Assembly: GCF_964355755.1 (NCBI RefSeq)
Contig: NC_092679.1
Coordinates: 4,742,201-4,806,200 of the forward strand
Reading direction: 5' to 3'
DNA: 64,000 bases
From: Antedon mediterranea
Lineage: Eukaryota > Animalia > Echinodermata
The notes below the pieces were generated by a model, which made no database searches, was not told the origin of the DNA, and saw nothing but the letters and a program-made list of their open reading frames with translations. A program made the position numbers and the translations under genes. Position 1 is the stretch's first letter. Each line of letters starts with the position of its first letter. Below are positions 28,101-39,959 of the stretch, piece after piece.

Positions 28101-31100
28101 AATTTTCATGGGCCTTCGTCGATTTTTTTTACGAACGGTGCGATATATTCATGGAAAAATTACCATTCCACGATATATACGATAAAAAAGGATTTTTTTT
28201 ATTTGACGCACTCGAACGTACTTTGACAAAACATCAAAATATGATTGAAAACATTGAGCATTTGTGAGCTCAATCTAAACGCATTGCATCGTTAATAAAT
28301 CTTTTTCGCCGCCCCGCGATCAAAAATATATTTTCATGAATCTAAATTCTACACCATTAATATATTACGGATCAAGTCGATTCCGACAGCATAAAAAACC
28401 CTTGGTTTTATTAGCCTTCAAGTGAAGGATAAAACTGTAATAGTCATTGGTACCCACACAAACATAAATCCGGCTTTAAACAGCCTAATTCGAAGATACA
28501 ATAAAAAAAAGACAATGTCATGTGTCGAATTATTTATGAAGTCAAAATTATGCAAAAACTAAAGCAGCTGCAACCAAGGACTTGAAAGTTAGAAAAAACG
28601 CGTACGGCACACAATTTGTATACTGAATGCATTGCGATTACGATTTGGCCGACAAAATTGTATAAACGCAAGAAAAAACCGGATACGCGCGGCGGACCAC
28701 AAAGGATGAAAATGCTCTCGACAGCAATACTGTATTTTTACAAACATCATTTTAGCAACCGATACATTCTGAGAAACTATCGTACTTAGTAGTACTCACA
28801 CGAATATAGGTAGCTTTTATAACATGCGAATAATACCGTAAAGGCCGAAACTTCAACCTTGAAATAAAGCATTCCGTAGTAATTCAATTTTCATTATCTC
28901 ATATGCATCAAATTCACTGGCTTCTGTCTTGTCATGTAAATCAACAGGTACAGGAAACCATAAAATGACCATAAAATGTCAAAAAAAAGGGGGGGGGGCA
29001 GAACAACCAGAAAACCCTTTAGAAGAACGAATTCTGAAGAAGTTGCTATGGAAAAGAATCCCGAAAATTTCGAATATTAGAGCAAGTATCATGTGTAATG
29101 TGAACGAAGCCGCTTCCTGTGGATTTTTTTGTCAGGGATATCGAGATCGAAATAATATCAAGACGAATTTCTATCACTTTAAAAATTCTATTTGCGCGAG
29201 AGAAAATGTTCTTTTTTCTTTGTAATTTCTTTCTGTTTCTTCTCTCAGCGCTTTGAGACAATCTGTTGATTGTAAAAGCGCTTTATAATCGAACATTAAC
29301 ATTAAATTATAACTACAGTATAACAGTTAATGTATTCCGAAAGATTTAATAAGAAAATCACATTTCTTACCTCCGCCGTTTTTGTAACATAGGTATGGAA
29401 ATCTCCAGACGTTTCCTAATCCAACAGAAAATCCGATCAAAGCGAGGACAAAGTCCAGTTTACCGGACCAGGTTCCTCTTTCGTTCAGTCCATCATCCGT
29501 ACCGGGCTTATTGGTCTCACCACCTTCTTTATCAACAATTGTTTTTTCATCAAGTTTAATTTCATCCATGATTATGATAGTCGCGTCGCGGTCTCTTATA
29601 TCGGGAGCGTTTACGGCAACTTGCAGCAACTTTCTGAAATCGTCACTGACAGCCCCAATTCTTTTATAGTTTTCAACAAAGCTGTGCCTGTTTACATTAA
29701 ATTTCAATATCTTTTATACCTTGCCGCTATTGTCAATATTTGAACAGAGCTTAAACTTTAAGGGTCACAGAGAACCTCTTTTCTTGATGATGAATAGAAA
29801 CCTTAAACCGGCACGGTAAATTGATGAATTTTAAGTTGTCACACAATACCACAATTTCAACTTATCACACAATACCACAATTTCAACTTATCGTAATGGG
29901 CTTGCATAATAGACAATTTTTCTTTGAATTCAGAAGGTCGACTGCAATCCCGGATTTGTTTTCTCATACGCTTGTTTACCAATGAAAGACAAACATGAAT
30001 TTGCGTTTTGTAAAGATTTTAAAGACAGCATTTTTATTAGTTCGTATGTCTATTGATTGGTTTAAAATAAAGTATTGTACAATGATTTAAAAAAAATAAC
30101 AGCGTAATAATTAATCATATATGGGTGATGAGGTTCTTTTCTTCTCAAGTTTTGAATTGTTTCGGAACAAAACCTCAAAACGTCACCTGAACATGTGAAT
30201 CAAAGCATCACCCAATCAGATCTACAGTACATTGTTCATAAAGCGTGATACATGATGTTCATACGACGAGCGAAGATGTCCGATTTTGTGCGTCGTGGGA
30301 ACGGGACATGACTTGACATTGTTTCGGTTGAACAAGTTTCAACATGGAATTTAGGATGGCATTATTGTCCCCGTGTTTACGGTGGAGGAACATGATACTT
30401 GATCAATATTTGTGGAATAACAATATAACTAACAATATGAATGCCTTATCTAACTATAAAGAAATATAATTATGATGGGGTGTTTGTCGTATCAGCCTAT
30501 CACGTCGTGTTAGGTTAACAATAAAAGGGCTGCAGCATGAACCAGGGCAGGTCAACATCAACCAACCAGATTGGTTCATTGGAAAGTAGAAACAAGGTTA
30601 CATTACATTATATTTCAGCCATAAACGTATTGCGCAACGATGACGCAGCGCAAGTGAGTTGACCAATCACAAACGTTCGGGTGATCCATCCATCGCGGCA
30701 TGATTGGTCACGTACTACTTGCGGCGACGTGCAATACAGCTTTTTGCGTTCTATAGTTGGAACCAAACTCAATAAAGAGCAATTTGGTCCGTTGCTCTGC
30801 TTAAATCCACGCAAAGTAGTGCATTCAGGCGATAATAATGGATCTGCGCGCCATGCTTTTTAGTAGTCATACAAAGGAAACATTTTTATGACCATGCATA
30901 GATTTTCTTTCAGAAGTGCGTCTATTATGCGGAGTACCATGGAGTATTATATACTAAGTCTATAAAAGAAAAATGGCCCCGAGGTACGGTACAGTACTTA
31001 TGGTTTTTGGACATGGGAGACGTTTGCAACAAGGACTTGCAGCGAGGACTTATTTGATTCGATTTATTGACGCAGTGTGGTTTGTTGATCCAGTCCTATC

Positions 31101-34100
31101 CGTTGTACAACGGATAGGACAGCAACAACAAATAGTTGTTCGATATTGACCCATGACTACGTCACACACCCGCTGAGAGTGGTGACTGCGAAAGTCAGCA
31201 GCTCATTAATTTTGAAGGGCACTTATCAATTTATAATAATAATGCTACCACGAACTTGGATTTTTTTGACAAATATTATGACTTATGTACCGAATTTTCC
31301 CTTCCTGTCTGTAGTGTAAATAATTAATATTTATTTATTCATAGTAGAACGACTTCGCGGCCCAGCAAAGTGTCCCCTTAATAATAGATTAGTCTGGGGT
31401 TATTGGCTATAGTGTTAAAACATGTATTTCTCCTTGGTCATATCTTGAGAAAATATTTCATTTAAATGTCTGCCAATTTACACACACGAGGGATAACGGT
31501 AAGCGGAAAACCGCCTAACTTGTCTGACGTAGAATCAGCGGAAACCGCCGGTCCGCTCCGCGATGATTGTGTGTATACTGTAAATGGCAAAAAGGAATAA
31601 TATAGATTCTATTTTATTACCGTTACCGCTCGTCTGTGTAAATTGGCCAAAATGGTGTCCAAAAGCAGTGGTATACCGTACAACAATTACCTCTGCAATG
31701 AATTATCTATTTAATACTTGCCTGCATGATGTCCTCTCAGTCTTCCAAAATGTGTCTTGTTCATGCTTAACATTTATTTCATGACAAATCATTGGATTTT
31801 TTAAAAAAATATAGTCATAAAATATTTTTATTATTACTTTTCTTCTAAACTTTATTTGTATAACCACTTAATTGAATTCTCTTTTAATAAACAAATATGA
31901 TAATTCCCTATCAACTTAAAACAATATTAACATCTTGCTTTTCAAACAAAACAATAAAAATACTGTATTCGGAACTTGTGACAGACTTGTGTAATTATTT
32001 GAAAATAGATTACAAATTGTGTACACTTCCGCAATCACAGATAACAAATACCTATTATCGATGAATTTGTATAAGGTTATCAGAATAGATGGCTCTGTGG
32101 CTTGGATGCTATTGCGATTGCCTTGAAATGTTAGCATATTGGTTCATATCCTGGTCATTGTCCTTTCTGTACATTTGAGTTTTAGAGTTCAAAATGCAAT
32201 ATTTTTTTACAAAATACAAAAATATAAATAATTATCATTATTGGAAACCGACTAATATATCATAAAACAATTATATTTTAAGAATTATTGTATTGTAAGA
32301 TGCATTTCTGTACTAAACAAAACAAAACTAATCAACGACTGTAAATATACAGTTTTATTATTATTACTATTACAATACAGTAAATGCCTAATATATCTTC
32401 CAAAAAAAAAACATGAATAAATATATAAATCTTGTTCTCAGTTTTATGTGATTTTATTCTTTTTTACTGTTTGTGTGACAATGTTTTTAGACAATTTTAA
32501 TGTGTGTACTTTCAGCCAAAGTTTCAAGCCATTCATGAGTTTGACAATAAAGTTTTTTGAATTTGAATTTTGAATTTGAATGCTAAAGCTGATTACTACA
32601 GCATGTTAAATTAATCAACAAAACCTTATGATATTTCCTGGAACATGTAGTACTAAATAACAAAGTTTCTTTACAACCAAATAAGGATGTCTGCTGTTAG
32701 AACTGTACAGCGTAATCCTGCTACTAGAGTAGTTTCACATTCTCTTTGTGTACAGTTATATCCTAACTAACAGAATTTAATAAAACAGCTGGCTGCCTGT
32801 AAAAGCAAGAACTTAATGCACGTACAGTAATAAACCAAACAGTTTGAGTTTGAACTAAATTAATGAAGGTTCTAAACTACCACTTTAGCCATTGCCTACC
32901 TTGTTGCATACAGTAGTATAGTGTATTTGCTATGAATTCTCATCCAGTGCTCACCTTAACCAGAGTAGAGGCATTCATAAGCCAATACGTCTGAGGCAGA
33001 TACTAGATGCAGGGGCTGCCATAAGAGTCAGCGATGCTGATTTCAAATGCCTACATTAATGGAACCCCAGCCCCATATATACATCTGAATGATATTCCAA
33101 GATGGTCTCCCATCCAAGCTATTACAGGGCCAAATGTTTCTTAACTTGGGGGATCTGATGAGAACCAGTGTTTCAACATGGTACATAAGGACACACAATA
33201 CCACCTTTTTTATGGCTACACATCAAATGGTATTGGTAATTGCCAAAAATGCAATATATTAACACTATGCTTTCTACTCCAAATTCAGAATTAATAAATT
33301 ATATCCTGTACTGTAGCTACAATTTTAACTAATGTTTGCGGAACTTTTTTTAGTGCAATGACACGATCTTCAGAGGGGCTATAATAACATGATAATAATT
33401 AAACTAGAATTTATTTAAATATCTTTACACAGCCTAGTATTTAATTGTTCTATTTTGCCATAGGGATTCTACAGTTATGGGTAGATTAACAATTCTATTG
33501 ATTTAATATATTGAACACAAATTTCTTTGTGTTCATGTGTATACAGTACTACATAGCACAAAGCTATTTGGTGTGTGCATACATTCTGTGTAGTAGAAGT
33601 TAGGCTTGATTGAATGTAGTGTACTTATTATTATTGTAGGTGTTACACAGCTCCTAAAAAGGACCTTTTTCATTCTAACTTTCTAAACCAGCATTTTATT
33701 GATAAATCCCTCAATTCAAATGAGACTTTTCAAGAAATAAACTAATTCATTTAGTACTAGTGGTTGGTAGACGCGCATTTAATGTCTAAAATGGGTTTGC
33801 TAAATTTGTGCCGACTGTGCTAAAAGTAAACATAGCACTTGACTAATGTAATATGATTATGTAATGATTTATCCTAACTAACTGTCCCTACTATTTTCAC
33901 GACGGTAGGTTTGCAAACAAATATCCTGCTTCAAAATAAGGTTAATACTGTTATTATATTCTGCTATTATCAAACTTATCTATTTACTGTATTTTTTTTT
34001 TTCATGTTTCTCCCTTTATTAAATTGTGGAGCCACATTTTTTTCTTGGCATGATCACACTCATAATTTAACCTTTTGAGATGTGTAAACAGAAAATAGAT

Positions 34101-37100
34101 TGCTGACCATTAGGGACCCTCAGAGGTTCACAAGACAAACATATATACACAAGATGCTCGACATAAACAAAGTCTTACAAGTCTTTGGGAGTGGAGTTGT
34201 AATTTTTTATGTGTTTAAATTTTAAATGTAAATATGTGTACAGCCAAATCAAAACCAGGCATTTGTCGTAAATGTGACATTTTGAGTTTTCAAGATATTT
34301 GTACAGAGCACATAATTTGCTTTAAAATACTGAAAAAATTATTCAATTTGGTCAAGTATTTTTAGAGTTATGATACAATAAGTAAAGAAATACAAGTAAG
34401 AATTCATTTTTATTTAGCAGTGAAAAATGCATTCAAAGATAAACAATAGTTCAAACAGGAAGTTTAAATGTGCTGGCAGACATCGACTCATGTTTACCTT
34501 GACAACGCTAACTTCTAGTATACCTATGACTTTGAAATTTAGCACAAATGTAACTAATACATTTTTCTATAATCATTGAAATTTTCAAAGAAATCCAGTA
34601 ACATTAACATTGTCAAATGAGACTTCAAATAACAACATACGTTAGTAAACTTTTTTTTACTAAACTTATGTTATGTGTGAGGCTTGTAATAACTATAAAT
34701 AAGTACTATTAATAAAGTGACAATAAAAATACAACACATAGAAATGAACCAAAATTAATGATACACAGACATTTGATTGTGTTTGATGTGTTTAAATTTA
34801 TTTACAATTGGTACACTTTAAATTATAAAATTTTGGTCATTTTAGGCTGCGTGTTACAACAACAGTATTATCATCTTTTGTGCCGGGTCATTTAAATACA
34901 TACATATTTTTCGATACAATTATTTCACGGTTTATTCAGGGTTACGTTGCATAGTAGAATACATGTGTCATGTATCATCAGAATCAAATTCATTTTTGTA
35001 AAGTTATATTAAGCACCGTATCACCATTATTGGAGTTCTTTGAGAAGAGAAAGTAGCAACAGCATCACCACCACTGTCAAAACTATTGGTATTACATTAC
35101 AGTATTACCAATCGAGATCTGAAAACAGAATGAAAAATTAAATTAAACTTTTTTAAACACATTTAAAAATCATTTTTTTTTTGGGCTAGGCCTAGACCAA
35201 GGTATGCTAGGTGGTTTTACTAGGCTAACTTGAAGTACTAAGCTGGCATACAGTTCATCTCTTATCTTATGCCTAGGCTAGGCCTAATATTTTGATCAAA
35301 AGTGTTTCTGTGTTCACCAAACTGAGTGTGTCGCGCTAGAAAGTCATTTCGTACTTTCTAACCTCTTGTTGTTTATGATTCGCTAGTGAAGCCAATATTT
35401 CTACTTTTCATATTATATAAATCATTAAACTATTCTATGTTGTTTTATTATTATCTAGGATGCATAAATAGCAAGTATGAATTAATATTGAATGTTTTTT
35501 ACAGTAAGAAAGTTTTGTTAAAACCTTACCGCTTCCTCAGTGTACTTTGAATAGCTGTTAAAGGCAAATTTAACGCTTCAATGACTTGAGCCACTCTGTT
35601 AGCCAATCAAATTGCCTGTTTCAGGATTCCGTAGCAACAAGACTGGTTTGCTTATACCAAAAGGTTATTAAAGAATGTGTTTGATTGGCTATACTATTAT
35701 TTTACATGACCTACAACCTTTATCTTTGGAAAGATTTTTTCACGAGCTTTCTAAAAATACCACACATTAAGGGGTCTTCTCATAATCAAAGAGGTAAAAG
35801 TTGGTTAGAAATAGACACAAATTACAGAATAGAACTTGATTTTTTCACCAAAGACGAAAAAGGGGGTCTCATTAAAATGTTATTTTCATTGATTTATACT
35901 TATAATTTCTTTAAAATACATAGATTTTTGGAATCTACGGTAAATTTTCTGTAAGATTATTTAAAAAACTAAAAAAGGTCAAGATATAGGTTTTACACAT
36001 TCAGAAGCATTTTACAGAAATCCCTTGCTGCCGACAAACGCCTGGTTTTGGTTTGGCGGTACACATATGTATATGTTTGTATGATGTAGCATGTTTAAGC
36101 AGATATTAGTCCTTGTTGGCATTTAGAGCAATAAAGAAATTGAATTGTCCTTAGACAAAATCCTGACATGTGATGGGACTTGAACCCAGGCAAGCATCAT
36201 AACCACCAAGCCACAACTCCACATTCTCATGTTGGTATAACATATACAGTAGCCAATTATAAAGCCCCACATCATCAGACATCATTACAAAAATTCTTGA
36301 AACTAAAAACTGCTTTTATTTGGTCCTATTATTAACATGTATTACATGGACTAATCCTAAAACAATACATTCACTGAAGCTTGAGAACAATGGTGCGAGG
36401 TTTGATTTTGTTCATATAAGGGCCTGGGATAAAGTAAAAAAATCCAAACAAATATGCTTTCTTTTACTGTAAAAATGAATCCAAAAGCAACATTTCAAAG
36501 GGATAATATAGTTATATTTTCTCTTTTGTGGCTTGAATGAACCAACATTTTTACAGGTATTGTAGTTTACAGAGCCAATACAGAACTATTGTATAATGTG
36601 TAAAAATTATAATTTCGAATTTTATTATTAAAGAAGAGTTTCCTCCATACAGTATATTACTAGCCTTCAATAAATATGAATAAATGGGTCTTTAAAAAAA
36701 GAGAAAAAATTATTCTTTTACTGTTTTAAATCATAACATATGGATTTTTTATTATATTATTTTTATGATACTTTACTGTACTATATATATTTTTTGAACA
36801 GGAAACAAACGAAACAGTTAAGAATTAATAAGTAACCACCAGTTAATATTACAACAGTATGTTGTTTTTCTATACATTTCCGGTAAAATTGTACTGTAGT
36901 TAAGGAGCAACACTTTACGGTTAAAGTACAAACAAATTACTGAGACTGAGAGAAGTACAGTAATTGCTTCCTAAAATTCAACTTCATAAATTCAGTAAAT
37001 TATCCAATAAAACCATCATTAATATAGCTAGTTTTCAATTATTCATTTTACGATTTTGTGCTGTAGTTTACGGCCCGCAAATTTCAGAAAAAAGTGGGTT

Positions 37101-38396
37101 AGAAATGAAGGAAAATATGTGTGAAACAAATAGAGATTACCAATATTTAAATATCTTTTTTAAAAGGCTGGTTTTTAATTGTTCATCTTACTATGAATAA
37201 ATTTGTTTGTGCTGTAGTTTTCAGCCCACGAATTTCAGAAAAAATGTCAGTAAAAAATGCATTATCAATATTATTAGCGCTTTTAAAATATCTGGTTTTT
37301 AATACAGTAATAGTTTACTGTTTTGCTGATTTTGTGCTATTGTGTGCAGCCCACGATTTTCAGAAAAAAAATATCACAAAAGAAAAGTGGACCTTACTGT
37401 ATTCATCGAGCAAGGTCATTTCTTTTCTTTAGAATTAACTAGGCCTAGATCTAGTAGTAGTAACCATGCAAGCCACTGTACTACCTGTATTGGATACAAG
37501 GTAAAAACTAGTAGAGGCATAAATATTTCTGGCGTCCAGTTTCTTTTAAATAAATAATTAATAACAATCTAAAAAGTGCTTTAAAGCCAGGCAAAATTCA
37601 GTCATGGTTGAGATGTATCGAGTGTAAATTGTTACAAATAATATCAATCTTATTCTTTATTTACTAACTACAGTAAGGAGAAGTTCATAACATATTATAA
37701 ATTAGACAGTTAAAAATTCAAAATCATAAGTTTAAATAAAAATGATAACATTGTAAATTGTAATGTACTACAGTACTTTAATTCATCGACATTTTTTAAT
37801 TCATCAACATATATATACATTACTATACTATAGACTATAGTACTGTATCCTGTTGCACTCACTCATCTTATTAAGTCTTTTAGTACACTAATTAAACATA
37901 CAAATTACATGAAATCATCATCTTTGAATCAAATTGGAATGCGGACAGAAAACATTTAACTTCATCATCCACATAATACACTATAGGTAGTACAGTAGTA
38001 GGATACTGTACCTAAATTGTAAGATGGTAAAAAACCAGCAGGCTTAAAATAAAATATTGATTTTAATATATAATTATTTATGTTTTTTAGGCGGCTTTTT
38101 GAGCCTGGCTGGCTCATTCAATATTTTTAAAGAAGCTTACCTCCGCCATTTTTGTAACATAGATACGGAAACCGCCATACATTTCCAAGACCAACAGAAA
38201 AGCCGATTAGGGCAAGTACAAAATCCAGTTGTCCAGACCAAGTCCCACGATCATTCAACTTGACCTGTCCGCCTTTACTATCAACAACCTCACAGCCGGT
38301 GGTAACAACGGGGGGCCTAGCATCATAATTTGGCATTCGGGGAATGTCCTCTTCTCGACTCACTTTACTGTACTTCGTCGCTGTATCTTTTTCCAT
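3951..38396 (-). CDS. SLC6 Na+/Cl- dependent neurotransmitter transporter, GABA/taurine/creatine subfamily (creatine transporter/GAT-like); 13 coding exons per isoform, 659 aa (exon 1a) or 640 aa (exon 1b)
   Basis: Exons (minus): 38141-38396 or 29371-29569; 24584-24715; 23130-23412; 19356-19494; 15467-15601; 12761-12864; 8901-9025; 8261-8373; 6774-6911; 5338-5440; 5001-5104; 4483-4662; 3951-4118 (TAG). All introns are GT-AG and phase-consistent. SLC6 signatures: [93 protein letters not shown]. The exon-size run 135/104/125/113/138/103 is typical of vertebrate GABA-subfamily SLC6 genes. Confidence 0.95.
4483..4662 (-). CDS. SLC6 exon 12 (TM12)
   Basis: [15 protein letters not shown]...[39 protein letters not shown]. 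Confidence 0.92.
5001..5104 (-). CDS. SLC6 exon 11 (TM11)
   Basis: [35 protein letters not shown]. Confidence 0.9.
5338..5440 (-). CDS. SLC6 exon 10 (TM10)
   Basis: [35 protein letters not shown]. Confidence 0.92.
6774..6911 (-). CDS. SLC6 exon 9 (TM8-TM9)
   Basis: [46 protein letters not shown]. Confidence 0.92.
8261..8373 (-). CDS. SLC6 exon 8 (EL4-TM8)
   Basis: [38 protein letters not shown]. Confidence 0.93.
8580..8702. repeat. 16-bp tandem repeat (CCTATTCAGCAGACAC)
   Basis: About 7 degenerate copies. Confidence 0.85.
8901..9025 (-). CDS. SLC6 exon 7 (TM7)
   Basis: [42 protein letters not shown]. Confidence 0.92.
9398..10041. mobile_element. ~640-bp non-autonomous DNA transposon (Harbinger-like)
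   Basis: taa-AGCCTGTTTTCCTG...CATGAAAACAGGCT-taa, with subterminal inverted similarity (AAGTTGGGTTGAGTT / AACTCAATGCAACTT). Confidence 0.6.
10540..11084. mobile_element. TTAA-targeting non-autonomous DNA transposon (Kolobok-like), copy 1
   Basis: TTAA-AGATGTATTGTCCC...GGGACAATACATCT-TTAA; highly similar inverted copy at 46223-46760. Confidence 0.8.
12761..12864 (-). CDS. SLC6 exon 6 (TM6)
   Basis: [35 protein letters not shown]. Confidence 0.92.
13428..13826. repeat. 20-bp G-rich minisatellite (GGAGTTGTGGGTAGGTGAAG)n, about 20 copies
   Basis: Directly visible; explains the three overlapping repetitive ORFs at 13346-13994. Confidence 0.95.
15467..15601 (-). CDS. SLC6 exon 5 (TM5)
   Basis: [45 protein letters not shown]. 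Confidence 0.93.
19356..19494 (-). CDS. SLC6 exon 4 (TM4)
   Basis: [46 protein letters not shown]; this frame is not in the ORF track. Confidence 0.92.
23130..23412 (-). CDS. SLC6 exon 3 (TM3 and glycosylated EL2)
   Basis: [23 protein letters not shown]...[15 protein letters not shown]...IEFWE; N-glycosylation sequons NFS, NGT, NYT, NGT. Confidence 0.93.
24214..24347. mobile_element. Harbinger-like MITE family A copy
   Basis: tta-AGCTCTGTCTACAC...GTGTAGACAGAGCT-tta; 3-bp TTA target duplication. Confidence 0.75.
24584..24715 (-). CDS. SLC6 exon 2 (TM2)
   Basis: [45 protein letters not shown], flanked by AG/GT. Confidence 0.93.
29371..29569 (-). CDS. SLC6 alternative first coding exon 1b (proximal)
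   Basis: ATG at 29569; [12 protein letters not shown]...[39 protein letters not shown]|gtaaga; phase 1 donor. Confidence 0.9.
33088..33190 (-). pseudogene. 5S rRNA-derived sequence (5S pseudogene or head of a SINE3-type element)
   Basis: Minus strand ...TACCATGTTGAAACACTGGTTCTCATCAGATCCCCCAAGTTAAGAAACATTTGGCCCTGTAATAGCTTGGATGGGAGACCATCTTGGAATATC aligns by eye with the metazoan 5S core (box A AAGTTAAG, box C GGATGGGAGACC), with many substitutions. Confidence 0.7.
38141..38396 (-). CDS. SLC6 alternative first coding exon 1a (distal)
   Basis: ATG at 38396; [12 protein letters not shown]...[39 protein letters not shown]|gtaagc; the phase 1 donor matches the exon 2 acceptor. Confidence 0.9.
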
Positions 38397-38585
38397 GTTT
38401 CCTTCTTGATGGATGCAATAAATAAACTATACTAATAATATATTAGAATAAATCAGAATAGCACACAAAACGGCAAGTTTAACTTTGGCAGTTAATTATA
38501 GGAGTAAAAAGGTGGTGTTACCTAAAACAAAGGTTATCGTACGTTTTCACTCCTAAATGTTTGCTCACGGAAAAACAAAGAACAT

Positions 38586-38630
38586 GAATGAAGACTGAAG
38601 CGCGTGTTCTCTATAAAGAGGCCGCCCCCT
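38586..38630 (-). promoter_or_regulatory. Candidate core promoter upstream of SLC6 exon 1a
   Basis: Minus strand reads GC box GGGGCGG, then TATA-like TTTATAGA, then Inr-like TCAGTC and TCATTC about 21-28 nt downstream, roughly 190 bp upstream of the ATG. Motif match only. Confidence 0.3.
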
Positions 38631-39624
38631 CGCAACGAGATTACTTAAAAATTAGCATCGTCCATTGTACCATTTAAGATAAAACCACTATTTTAGTTAA
38701 TATATTTTACGAGAACATTGATTAAAATGAGTATAAATGATTACATTTTAGTAAACACTTTAATACTTTTAATTTTAAAAGATATATATTATTAAAACTG
38801 ATTATATTAACCAAAACATGTAGAATTATGAAAATCAACATTCCCTAATTTTAGAATGTGTCATGCCACATCATCTAGAGTGGGTCAATAACGTAGTATT
38901 TTTCCATGATGATCTCAACAATACAACAATGGCCATTCATAAAATTGGATTTAAGTAAATAAAGTATACAATCGAACAGTACACACCCGGGATGCATATA
39001 CTATAGATAATTAATTAATAGTTGTGTACCCAATAGTTGACATAGAAAATTATAAAATATAGTATTTAAGTTAGTTTGTCTACTTGATCGTCACTTTTCA
39101 AGGAAGATAAGAGACTATATAAATGCAATGCTCTACTAAGTGGGCGTTCTAAGTACAGGCCTATATTTATATATCTTTAACACGTGAATGTGATTTTTTT
39201 GCCCAAAATGGCATTTAGTATATAATATGTTACCATTTCATTATGGGGTCAGATCATGGAGGATTTTTTTTATATACCTCTCCATGGTGACGGTCAGATT
39301 GAGGCGTGGCCTGTCTCTCTACTAATAAAAATTATAATGTATATAGGTGACAAACATCTTGTTGTCAATGTTTGTGCAAACAAACAACGTGTGCTCCCTG
39401 GATACTTTGCTTTTAATTGTTTAAGTATTTTGAAATTATTTTTGGATTCTATCCAAATGGGTCACCAAAAGCGCGCGAAATTCATGTGAATAGGCCTACT
39501 TATTTATTCAATGACATCCGGGTGGTAATGGTATTGTATGCGGTTATCTTATAGACGGCGGTATACTAGTTTAGGATTGGAGTGGTGGTCTTGCAATAAA
39601 GGCTATAAACCAAGTTAAAACTAA

Positions 39625-39959
39625 AGCGTGGTTCCCACTACCGACGCAACACAAGGACGTAACGCAACGCAAGTGAATTGACCAATCACAAGCGATGGCT
39701 TATTCGCTTGTGATTGCTAACTGTCTATAACTTCGCTTGTCATTGGTAAAGCTTGGTTCCCACTAGAACGTAACGCAAGGACGTAAACGCAACGCAAGAC
39801 AGACAGTTAGCAATCACAAGCGAATAAGCCATCGCTTGTGATTGGTCAATTCACTTGCGTTGCGTTACGTCCTTGTGTTGCGTCGCTAGTGGGAACCACG
39901 CTTTAGAACACTTGCGTTGCGTTTACGTCCTTGCGTTACGTTCTAGTGGGAACCAAGCT
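39625..39959. mobile_element. Compound family B MITE containing an inverted copy of itself
   Basis: Segments are arranged A-B-A'-B', with A/A' about 100 bp and B/B' about 50 bp near-perfect inverted repeats. Confidence 0.75.

Noticed and set aside
27960-29300. CpG-richer block that may be a transposon
   Set aside because: Could not identify matching termini, a target duplication or coding similarity by eye
29570-29707. N-terminal extension of exon 1b from an upstream TTG
   Set aside because: Non-ATG start from the ORF caller; the ATG at 29569 (ATCATGG context) is the more plausible eukaryotic start
36170-36222. tRNA-like A/B boxes on the minus strand
   Set aside because: Too short and lacks an anticodon arm; at most a truncated SINE head, not a tRNA gene
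29600-38100. A second complete SLC6 paralog starting at 38396
   Set aside because: No GAFLIPY-type exon 2 or later SLC6 exons were found by eye between the two first exons
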